Positions 12,465 through 24,100 of a stretch of 64,000 nt of DNA are shown here, piece by piece (position 1 is the first letter of the stretch; the number at the start of each line of letters is the position of its first letter). A program made the translations under genes and the position numbers. The DNA is from Paraspadella gotoi. Lineage: Eukaryota > Animalia > Chaetognatha. The notes beneath the pieces were generated by a model. The model saw only the letters and a program-made list of their open reading frames with translations. It was not told where the DNA came from and did not search any database. The DNA is taken from positions 13,899,037-13,963,036 of the forward strand of contig CM119268.1 in NCBI GenBank assembly GCA_051294375.1. The letters run 5' to 3'.

Positions 12465-13757
12465 NNNNNNNNNNNNNNNNNNNNNNNNNTTTTTTTCTCC
12501 TTTAGAAAGCAAATTAAAAAGCTGTGGAGAGAATTTAATTGTTTTTCTTCGACTTGTTGAGAATGCCTTTTAAACTTTTTTTTTTTTGGTGGTTTAGTAT
12601 TTTGAAGTGGTTTTTACTCACTTGTCTTTTCACTAATGTCAGCTCGACCCAAAGATTTTCTTTGGCAAATTGAATACTCAGAGAGAAGACGTTATAGTTC
12701 CGTGGCCGACGATAAGCGAAATAACCGCAAAAAAAAAAAAAACAACCAAAGGCTATGAGGACGATGACGACGATACAAACGACGACGAACCGCGACGACT
12801 CCGACGACTCCGACAACGACGACGGCTACGACAACGACGACGGCTACGACAGAGTAAATCACCCTCGGAAGATTTACCCCCAAAAACCGAGGGAAAAATT
12901 TACGAGTTTTGGTGGGCGAAAGAGGAAATATCTTTGGAGTACGAGCAAAAAGCCTAACGCTCCCTCAAATAGGATTTTCCGCGCGTACGAAACATAAAGT
13001 CTGAAAGAGACGCCTTTCCGGTTCCTCGGAACGGGAGGCTGACGTTATCTCCGACGTTATCCACGGATGACGTTATCGTTGATCATGTGACCGTCATTAC
13101 CGCGGATAAATAAAAGGAATTGCGATAACGCAACTAGATTTATATGTTATCCGATTATCCAGCGATTAAAAGATTAAGTTATCTCTTTTTGAGATAAAGA
13201 ATCGAATTGAATAATTAAATTCGCATTAAGTCCTCGACTTGAAGACCGAGTTCTTTTGTTGAAAAAATCGTGTGTGATGTCAGTATCTGACTAAATTCAA
13301 TATGTCCAGATTGGGTAAATCTAAGCTGGAATATATTTAAAATATTGTTTTTTACTTTAATATAACAAAAAAAAACTGAAAAGGATTGTCAAATCATTCT
13401 CTGACATAGTTAACAAATTGAGAACTGACAAATTTAATTTTGACTAGATTATTAAAGATTCTATTTCGCAATAAACAAAAAACTCATCTTGCCTCATGAC
13501 CCAAAGGCCAGTCGGCCCTTACTATAAATTAGTTAACCCTTTTTTTTTATATGGGGTGGGGAAGGAGGAAGGGGCTCGTCAGTTTTCCTTTTCTTACTCT
13601 TTATTAAGACACTTCATTTCTTTCTTTTTTCTTCTTTCTTTTTTTTCTCCCTCGAGAATTTGTGCTTCCGTCAGCCAAAAGTTTTGGTCTCCGATTCTTT
13701 CCGAATCCTCTAGATTTACAGACTCGACCCATACCTGTTGCCAACGCGCGGTTTTCT

Positions 13758-13793
<36 letters not shown>

Positions 13794-14362
13794 AGAGAGA
13801 GGAGAAAGAGAGAGAGAGAGAGAGACGAGAGAGAGAGAGAGAAAAAGAGAGAGAAGAGAGAGAGCTCATGGGCGAAGAGTGAAAGTCCGGGTGGGATATT
13901 GGCCAATGGTGTATTGGGCAATGGCCAAGTCGAGGGTTGGCGTGGAGGGAATTGGCGTCTGGAGTCACAACTGTAGCGGCAGACTGTTGACGTAGGTCCC
14001 CCGCTCGGTTCGAATGGTAAACGCCGCCGTCCGACCAGAAATGAAACCTCAGTACGAATGAACGGCAAGAGTAATAATCGCCGACCAGGAAAAATTTCCA
14101 CTCGTTATGTCGTGCGCAATTGATGCGTTGCTGAACGAGTTCACTATCTTAGTGTCACATGTCCGATCCCAATTTTTCTGGGCCTCGTCACATTTCATTG
14201 TCGCGCGCCTTTTCCGAGTTATACTGACAAGTTCTTCTATCTTGTCATTACACACTTGCTTTTTTGTTTTTTTGTATTTTTCTGAGGTTCTGTCTTTTTG
14301 TTTTGACCCTAATCCAATCATAATCAAGAGTCAATGCGCCCCATTTCACAATTGGGAATTAA

Positions 14363-14507
14363 GTTAGTTTTTAGGTTTAAAGATTAGGTTAGAACTTAGA
14401 AACTGGATTAGGTTAAAGATTAGAGATAAAGCTTAGGGTTTGGGATTAGGGTTAGTTTTAGGATTACGGTTATGGGTCTGGTAATAGATCAGGGTTAAAT
14501 GTTAGGA
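14363..14507 (+). repeat. degenerate TTAGG/TTAGGG-like tract (copy at about 8830-8985)
   Basis: Repeated ttagg, ttaggg, ttaga and gggtta units. Confidence 0.6.
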
Positions 14508-14776
14508 ATTAAAGAACAGAATTGGGGCGAGAAAGAGTTATCTCTTTGGAGAGATCAGGTTCTTCAAATATCGTTTCGACATCACGGTCATCGTCGTCAG
14601 TTTCGTCGTCGTCGCCTTCATCGTCGTCGTCGATATGACCTTTGTAACCGATAAATTGTCATTGTCTATCTTTCCTTAGTTACGTTCCATAATCATTTCC
14701 TCGTCACGTTCCTTAATCTCATTCTCCGATTTCTTTTGTCGCCGTCCTTTGTCTCGATATACTTTCCCGTGTTTCT

Positions 14777-14826
14777 TCGTCACGTTCCCTCGTCACGTTC
14801 CCTCGTCACGTTCCCTCGTCACGTCC
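14777..14826. repeat. 13-bp tandem repeat (tcgtcacgttccc) x about 4
   Basis: Directly visible. Confidence 0.9.
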
Positions 14827-15730
14827 CTTCCCTTCCCCCGAGGAGCAAAACGTCGGGAAAGTAAACACGCGACTTTCGACTTCCGGGTTCGACCGGGGGG
14901 GGAGGGCCGGGGACGGAGGAGCGTCCCGAGCGATTCCTAGCGGAGGAAGAAGAGCGAGACGCGGAGGAAGAGGAGAGGGAAAGTGCAAAGGGGAAAACGG
15001 AGCCGGAAATTCTAGACGAAAGTCCAGAAAAAAAAAAAGGAAGAAAGGGAATAAAAGAATTGGGGAAAAAAGGAAAGGTTAGGGGGAAAAAAAAGGAGGG
15101 AAGAAAAGATAGAAGACATATTTCTTCGTCTCATTTATTATTTCAAAGGCGGAGAGAAAAAGGAAAAGGGAAAAATCGAAGCGAAGCGTGATGACGTTAA
15201 AGTTATGAGGGAGAGAGAGAAGGAGAGAGAGAGGGAGGGAGAGTGAGTAAGCGATGAGACTGAGGGGGCATTGGCCGTTGGCGACGGCTCTATCCGTCCG
15301 ATTCGAATTTAAAAAATGACCGACATGAGAAACAAAATAATCTTTCTAAATTTGTCATTCCTGGATGTAATTTAGCGGGATGAATTCACGTGACAAATTC
15401 ATATTTCCCTCTTTCATATAAGTATGAACGTATAAAACTCTTGAGACGTGTTAATGTAACCCAATACAACTAATCTATTGTTTAACGACTTTAAGATAGA
15501 GAAGAATTATCGTCCGTGACAAAGCGTAAGCTCAAAAGTCCGTGAACCATCAATCACCAAGTTAATGGCGACCGATACTTTTCGCTATTATACTCTTATA
15601 CGTTTATTTTACATTTACTAAACAACTCGTATGGATTATACAACCGGCCCGATTTTTTAACTAATTCGGTTTTTTAAAATTGGAAAAAAAAAATCTTCGG
15701 TCGGAAATTTCTGAGGAGAAAAACAATTGT

Positions 15731-15767
<37 letters not shown>

Positions 15768-16473
15768 ATTCAAAACGACGACGGCGAAAAACTCCGTTAT
15801 TTATGGATCCTATTATTTCCTTGTCGCTGGAACCCAAAGTCTGCTTCGTCGTCGTCGTCATCGTCTTCGCTTTCGTCGTCGACATCGTCATCGCCGTTTT
15901 CTCTAAAGCTTCCGAGTATTTAATCGAGCGTTTCATCCTTGGCTATCACGACAATCATCATCATCATCATCATCATCACATTCACGGGGAGATTGTCATG
16001 TTCTACGTCGTCGTCGTCGTCGTCGTCGTATTCGTGTTAGAGAATGACGTCATCACAAGATTTTCTTAGAATTCTTCTTACTATTTAATCGACCGATTCA
16101 TCTCTGAAGTTCATCACTATCATCATCGGCACAATCATAGCTTTATCATCATCATCATCATCATCAACGTCATTAACGTTTCTGTCATAATCTGTTTTCA
16201 ACGTTTCCTCTCATGCTGCTCTTCCCTTTCATCTTTGGCTTTGATCATAATAATCATTGATATTTTCATTATCCTCTTCGTCGTCGTCGTCGTCGTCGTC
16301 GTCGTCTCCGTCAGAATCAACGTATAAACGATGAGCGGAAGTTTCCCCGGCGCCATAAACCATTAAAAGAAAAAAGAGACGCGATTCGAAAATCGTCATC
16401 AAACAAACGTTTCCTTTCTCCTCATTCTCTCTCTCTCTCTCTGCTTCTCGTCCTCCATCTCTCGCTCTAGTGA

Positions 16474-16528
<55 letters not shown>

Positions 16529-17591
16529 TCTCTCTTTCTCTCTCGTCTTCTTCCTTGATATGACGTTCACATATCACTATCATGGTGTTCAAAGAAGGAA
16601 AGCCAGTGGCCACGCTAATGAATGTGTATTGTGGTTGTATTCGTTATTCCAAATTTAACCAATTCCTGCCAGCTATTCTAATAAAATAAAAGATTAAATT
16701 TGACAAACTTCATTTTGATGAAATTCTTCAGAGAAAGTGCATCGATTTCGCGTCGCGCTTTGACCTCTCACGCGCGTTTCCACCGACGTGGCTTTCGTAG
16801 GTTGATATTTCTGAAAGGCCATTCCTAGAAAAAACGAACATACATAATAAGTAGATACCGTTATAAACGGAACGAAAGAGAAAAATCTAGAAAAGGCTAA
16901 AAAGTATTACATCATAATTCCTTTAATAAAAAAAAACTTTGGTTGTATCAATTTCATAAAATTCAGCTCCTTGTATTTTAATTCTGGGCGGAATACAATA
17001 TAGTATTCCCCGATCTAATACTTAAGGGAGTGGTCTTTTCATACAATAAAAACATTATTTGAAACATTATACCACATCATTGATAGGAAAGCCAGGTACT
17101 CAGAGAGTGAATAAACGAGTCTTGATTGAAAGCTTGCAGGGACCTGCTACGTCATTATCTTATAAGAGTAATGGAGGCCTTAAACCACCAAAGCCTGTCC
17201 AAAGTCAGGGGCAAGATAGCTTATTTATTAAATTAATGGATAATTTTTGTATTGGTTGTACCAATTTCATAAAAAATATCAGTTGACTTTTAAAAGATAT
17301 TTACTATCTAGATTTAATTGATTACACAAAACCGAAATTTCTTTTAGACACTCAGACATTCAAGTATTCATTCATGCTTTTTTATTCATTTACTCACTCA
17401 TTCATTTATTCATTGATTATCATTTTCATTCATTCATTCATTCATTCATTCATTCATTCATTCGACCATTTCTTTTCTCATTCATTCCAATTTCACGTCG
17501 TGAATAAAAGCGAATCAACCTGCGAGCGTCGAGGCGCCGAGTTAAACGACCGAGAGATGGAGTCCTCCATCTGAGACAATTGAGATTTGCC

Positions 17592-17631
<40 letters not shown>

Positions 17632-17829
17632 CGTTTTCTCCTATCTCGTTTTTTTCTACCGATGATTCACTCACGACTTTTCACGTGATTTTCACTTCGC
17701 TTATTCACGCTAGATTTCTCGCCTTTATTTCACTGCCCACATCTTTTTAGTCTTGATTTTTATATTATTCATACTTCAGATATATTGATTTCATCTGACT
17801 AAATTTCATGTCCATACCCTGATAAATTT

Positions 17830-17835
17830 GAATAA

Positions 17836-17870
<35 letters not shown>

Positions 17871-17874
17871 CAAA

Positions 17875-17942
<68 letters not shown>

Positions 17943-18175
17943 AAAATTAAATTAAATTAAAATAAAAAGATGTCGCTACCCTCTCCTTCCCTTTTATACT
18001 GACTCTGTCCCCAAACAAATAAACAAACAAACAAATAAATAAATAAATAAAGAAATAAAGAAATTTTAAAAAAATAAAATAAAATAAAATAAAATAAAAT
18101 AAAATAAAATAAAATAAAATAAAATAAAATAAAATAAAATAAAATAAAATAAAATAAATCTAAATCTAAATCTAA
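17830..18175. repeat. (AAAT)n and (AAAAT)n microsatellites
   Basis: Directly visible. Confidence 0.95.
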
Positions 18176-20159
18176 CACTCTTATCCCAAAACTGCTTGCC
18201 CGTTCCTCCCCTACAACTTTTTCTTCTTTTTTTTTTTCTGCCCGACGCGCCAACGATTCCTTTGACCGACACCGGCGACGCCTTCGCGAATGTCCTCCAC
18301 GCTCTCGCCGACATTAGCCGACAGCGACGATAACGAGGGTCGTCACGTCCATCGTTGCCATGACGACCGTCGCGCGCGAGATCATCGCTTCTGTCGTCAC
18401 GGTCGCCATGTTGGTCGTCGCGTCCATCGGAGATCGCAATTAGCGTCCGTTTGTCTTCGGTTGGGAGGCGTCGTCGGAAAAGTAGTCGTCGTCGTCGTCG
18501 CTGTTGTGAATTGGTTAAGATTTTTTTGGGCAAATATTTAATAATAAATACGGACGTTTTTTTTTTGCAATGTTTTAATTATCAATTCGACTATTTTAGA
18601 CAATCGTGTAAGGAATTATTGAGGGCTCGAACCTTTGATCTCTAGTCATCGTGGTTGCGGAGAGTGAGAGTTTAATGAGGTCGGACGAAGAAGATCGGAC
18701 GAAGGAGAAGGGAGGCGAGAGGAAAGAAACGGGGTAATGAGAGGAGAAAATATGAAAGGTTGGCGCTCGATGGGGGACCAGATGGAAGAGAAGGCAAAAT
18801 GTCATCATTGCANNNNNNNNNNNNNNNNNNNNNNNNNNNNNNNNNNNNNNNNNNNNNNNNNNNNNNNNNNNNNNNNNNNNNNNNNNNNNNNNNNNNNNNN
18901 NNNNNNNNNNNNNNNNNNNNNNNNNNNNNNNNNNNNNNNNNNNNNNNNNNNNNNNNNNNNNNNNNNNNNNNNNNNNNNNNNNNNNNNNNNNNNNNNNNNN
19001 NNNNNNNNNNNNNNNNNNNNNNNNNNNNNNNNNNNNNNNNNNNNNNNNNNNNNNNGTTTGGGGAAAGGAAAAACTCGAAAAACAAGGGAGAAACGGAAAG
19101 ACGACGCGTCAGCCGCTTCAGACGCAGCGGCACGACGCGGGAATGCCTCATTCGTCATGCGGAGGAAGGGGGGGCGGAAAGTTTATTGCCCCGTNNNNNN
19201 NNNNNNNNNNNNNNNNNNNNNNNNNNNNNNNNNNNNNNNNNNNNNNNNNNNNNNNNNNNNNNNNNNNNNNNNNNNNNNNNNNNNNNNNNNNNNNNNNNNN
19301 NNNNNNNNNNNNNNNNNNNNNNNNNNNNNNNNNNNNNNNNNNNNNNNNNNNNNNNNNNNNNNNNNNNNNNNNNNNNNNNNNNNNNNNNTAAACTCTACCG
19401 CCAGCAAATCTCGAGACCTTCGGAACAGTGAGTTTTTTCTGGCGAAAGCTTCGTCTGTAGTTTCGGTTATAGCGTCTCCGAATTTGGCCCGAGTTTCTCT
19501 CCCGCTCTTCTTTTTATGTCTCGCGCGCCATCTTCGGTTCGTGTTCGTCAGATATTTTTTCAGCACATGCGTCTTTCGATGGACTTTATAAAAGGTTTTT
19601 GGTCGTTCTGACGTTTTTAGTTTTGAGCGTGAAAATTTTTTTTTAATTATGTTAAAATGCCAAGTCGACAATGAAAATAAATAAAAAATTAAATACAGTT
19701 AATGACAATTGATTTAAATGAAGGGCAAGGACAACTCCTGCTTCTCCTTTAAAAATATCTTCATATTATTTGTCTCCTTTTCTTTTTATTTTTTCTTCCT
19801 TTTTCTTCTACTTTTATTGCCCCCTTCTCTCCTTCTCTTTTGTTCTTCTCTTTCCTCCTCTCCTCCACCCCCCTCTCTCCCCCGTTGCCAGATGGCGTCG
19901 CCCCCGCCGCCTCAAATAAAAAAGAGAAAATTCGAGTTGAAGGAAAAATAATAAGAGAAAGAAAAAAAAAGAATAAAAAGGAAAAAAGAAAGGAAAAAAA
20001 TGGAAAGAGAAAAAAAAAATCTGAAAGATAGAAAAGGATTAAAATTGACGGAATAGAAAAAAAAGGCTAAAAGCGAAGACGATAAATGATTTGTTTTTGT
20101 TTTCTTTGTTTTCACTCGTTAATTCAAATTACTAGGCGAATTGGAAATGAATTAATGGA

Positions 20160-20289
20160 TGAATGAAAGAATGAATGAATGAATGAATGAATGAATGAAT
20201 GAATGAATGAATGAATGAATGAATGAATTAATGAATGAATGAATGAATGAATGAATGAATGAATGAATGAATGAATGAATAAAGAAACA

Positions 20290-20365
<76 letters not shown>

Positions 20366-20366
20366 A
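20160..20366. repeat. compound (GAAT)n(GAAA)n microsatellite
   Basis: Directly visible. Confidence 0.95.
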
Positions 20367-21238
20367 CAAGTAACACAACAGCGAATGAAGCAGAGACGAT
20401 AGTGACAGAGAGACAGGCCGAGAGAAAGATTATTCGCTTTTCCTCACGAAAAAAGAATCCATTAGAAAATCAGCGACGGAACCCGCTTATCAGAATCCGT
20501 GTTACGTCGCTCACTCACGGGACGNNNNNNNNNNNNNNNNNNNNNNNNNCGGAACGCTATGCGCCTTCCGTGAACTCATCACCTGAAGTCGTGACACAAA
20601 GTGAGACTTGAGATCGGCACGCCTCGCCTCCTGTCGTGCTAAAGTAATATGGTCAGAGAACACCAGAGGGGTTGAGGGATGTGGGAGTTGGTGAGCTTGG
20701 AGAGGTTTGGCGTGAGGTTGAGTGGGAGGTGCAGCGAGAGGCCGTGATTAGATTTAAGATTAAAACAGCGAAAAATAGTATTTGGTATTTAATGAAATGT
20801 TTATGTGGTTTTTCGGCCTGAAATGGTCACACTCTCAGAGAGTACAGCACATGTAGTCAGATAGCGAAAACGGAAATGGACTTTCGCAAATGGCTTAAGG
20901 GGTGAACACTGAACACTGAACACTGAACAGGGTTAGACAGTGTTGGACGCCGTGGACGGATGTCAGAATGAATGATGACATTTTAGTGACACCGTGAATA
21001 AATGGACGACGAACGAGGGCACGAGAAACGCGTTGTCCGTCTGTCCGATGCGACCGACAAAAGGAAAAAAAGAAAAACCAAAGCGAGATTGATTGACGAA
21101 TTAAAAAATATCGGGAAGGAATAAGATAATTAAAAGTAGACATTCATTAGCTACGACTATAATATAATATATATATAATTATTGTTGAAAGGTCCAAAAT
21201 CGAATTCCATGACGTTTTTCTTCTTTTCTTCTCAAAAG

Positions 21239-24100
21239 GTTTGGGGCATTTATTCCAACGAGGACTACTCACTATTCAGGAGGCGGGGCCCGCGTTTGTC
21301 CAAAGACGATCGGCGTCTCTTCCGATGGACTTCTTGACTGGAAAAACACTCATGACTGTGATGACGACGACAACGACGATGACTAAGACGTCGACGACGA
21401 CGACGACGNNNNNNNNNNNNNNNNNNNNNNNNNCACGACGACGAACGACGAAGTCACGCAGACAAATGATGGAGAGAGCTGTCAACCATGGAAACCGATT
21501 GATTTCGGCGAAACACGGATCCCGAGCAAGAGACAAATGTCATGAGTGAACCGATTCAATTGTTCTGCGACTCCTTCACGACTTTTGGCCAAAAGAACAA
21601 GAGAGCATAGACAGCGGTCTTTTCTTGTGTAGATAATCCTTCACGCCATTTGGCAGTGCCATAACAAATTAAGACAACACCATAACGACTTACGTATTAA
21701 AAATAAAATTACAGCAACAAACGCCTTTTGTTAATGTGTTATCCAATATTTCTTGCACATCTATATAATCCAGCCAAGCAGATGAGCTCGCTAAAAGTGA
21801 CGCAGATACGTGGCGCCATATATGGCGCAAGATGCGCCACCGGTTTCCAAATACCTCTCTCAAGCTTCGTGGGAAAAAATACATTCGTGTCCCGTTAAAA
21901 TATTTTCTAGAGCGATTGACCCGCAACCCGAAAAAAACCTAAAGCGGAGAAAATGTTTTTGGTTCTATAAAAGTTCATTTTACGACTCGGCCTTCTACTT
22001 CCTTTCTCCTTCCTTCTCCATTTCTTCTCCTTCTCCTTCCTTGCCTCATCTCTCCTTTCTTTCCTCCTTCCTTCTCTCCCCTCTCTTCTACCTTCTCCTC
22101 TCCTCCTTCCTTCTCCTTATCACTTCCTTCTTCCTTCTCCTTCCTTCTCCTGTCTCCTATCTTCCTTCTTTCTCCTATCTCCTTTGCTTTCTCTTCTCCT
22201 TCTCCTTCTCTTCTCCTCTCTCCTCTTCCTTCCTCCTTCTTTCTCCTTTCTTCTTCCTTCTCCTTCTTTCTCTTCCTTCTCCCTCCTTCTCCTTCCTTTC
22301 TTTCCTTCCTCTCTGTCCTTCCTTCCTCCTTCGTCCTTCTATCTCCTCTCTCTCCGTTCTCCTTCCTGTCTCCTTCTCCTTCTTTCTCCTTCTCCTTCTT
22401 CCTTCTTTCTCTTCCTTCTCCCTCTTCTCCCTTCCTTCTTCTTCCTCTTCTCTTCCTTCTCCTTCCTTCTCCTTCCTCTCCTTTCTCCTTCTCCTCCTTA
22501 CCTTCTCCTTCTTTCTCAGTTCTTCTCCCTTCCTGTCTCCTTTCCTTTCTCCTTCTCCTTCACAGCTTCCTTCTCCTGTCTTCTTTCCCTTTCCTTTCCT
22601 CTCTCCTCTCTCCTTCTCCTGTCTTTCTCCTTCTTCCATTCTCCTTCTCCTCGCCTTCTCTTCCTTCTCTTCCTTCCGTCGCCGCACCCTAATCTTTCAT
22701 CGAGCGGTCTGGACAATAGCGCTTTTTATGCTAAACCTTAGCATTACGGTCGGGATTCGAAGCATTCAAAAATGCAAATATGAGATTCTAACCGAAATCC
22801 ACGATGTTGCGCCAAGCCGACGCCCATTTTATCCTTTTGACAGTATGGAAGGAGGCGAGGGTATGATAGTGTGCGATGAGGAGGAGTAAGATGACCAGAG
22901 AGGAGACGATGAGAGGAGAGAGAGAGAGAGATGAGAGGAGACGAGGAGACAGAGGAGAGAGAGGAGAGAGAGAGAGATGAGAGCAGAGAGAGAGAGTTTA
23001 AATATTGTCATTCTTGGAAATACCTAAACGCTAAATTTACCGCGGTGAGTTTCCATTTCAGTTTTAATTCCTTAGCTCGTGATGTGGTAAGTATAGGGAA
23101 ACTGAACTGTGATCAAAAAAAAAGTACTTTAAGCAAAATGAACGGATTTCGCTTATTCGTACTGTATATTTATTAGTTTTCTCGTATGTAAAAAATAACA
23201 GCATTCTACAATGAGCTTCATGGCAAGAAACTGTATACAAAAAAAATAACGAGTTTGTTTATCGAGTCATCGCGACCTGCTGATCCGGATTCACCGAGAA
23301 TTGTGATTGTAACGACGACGAAAAAGAAAAAAAAATAATGCAAAGGTGAGACGGATAATAAAGAAGAAAATTAGATTGAGGCATATCCGACGTGAGGAAA
23401 AAGACAACCACATTTCAATGGATTCATTGATGACGCAGACTTAGTTTTATTAATTAATCTTTTCTCTAGTATTTAAAAGTAAAATCGTTTTAGATTTCGC
23501 AATAACGATATAAGGATCGATTCGACTGTTGATTGAATGATTGGTTTGGTTTCGATTGAATCCGATGATTCGATTTTTAAAAAAAAGACTTCTATATATT
23601 TATTATGATGGATGATTCGGCCAGCATCTAATCAGATTGAATCCTTTCCCTTCTTATTTATTTATTGAAGAATTTTAATTATTTGCCTTAAAATTGATTG
23701 ATTTGATTTGATTTTTGATTTGATTTGATGTTGATTGATTTTATTGATTGTTTTGATTGATTGATTTGATTTATTTGATTTCGATTTGATTTTGATCGAT
23801 CAAAGCGACAAATGGTCCTCCGATAACAGTAAGAACTTCTTCTTCTTTCCTCTTCGCCCTCCTTCCTTCCCCGATCGGCCGCCGTGTAGACGAAACGACG
23901 AGCGACGACGTACGACCGCCGTAGAGTCGCCGATTCCCGTCCGGCTTCGCCAGCCGCCTGTCGCTCGGCTGTTAGGCCACTCGTGCGGCGCACCCCAGCG
24001 TTACCCGGCCAGCCGAATAGGCGTAATCGACGCCGTAGGGCGAGGCGGGAAGGGATTGATTTCGGCGTATTCTTCCTGCTGTCTGAATGATTTTGATGCT
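21239..24100 (-). repeat. noisy inverted copy of about 36850-39310 (TMEM151 terminal exon and downstream region)
   Basis: gcatttattccaacgaggactactcactattcagg (about 21247) is the reverse complement of about 39270-39303. The TTCTCC tract at 21995-22678 mirrors the GAAGGA tract at 38098-38632. 23790-24090 mirrors 36872-37125. Confidence 0.88.

Noticed and set aside
18672-19671. Long ORFs spanning N runs (also 48643-49008)
   Set aside because: They are open only because of assembly gaps.
21810-22889. 359-aa Ser/Leu/Phe-rich ORF (likewise 38004-38703 and 52192-53463)
   Set aside because: These are translations of CT/GA simple repeats that happen to lack stop codons.
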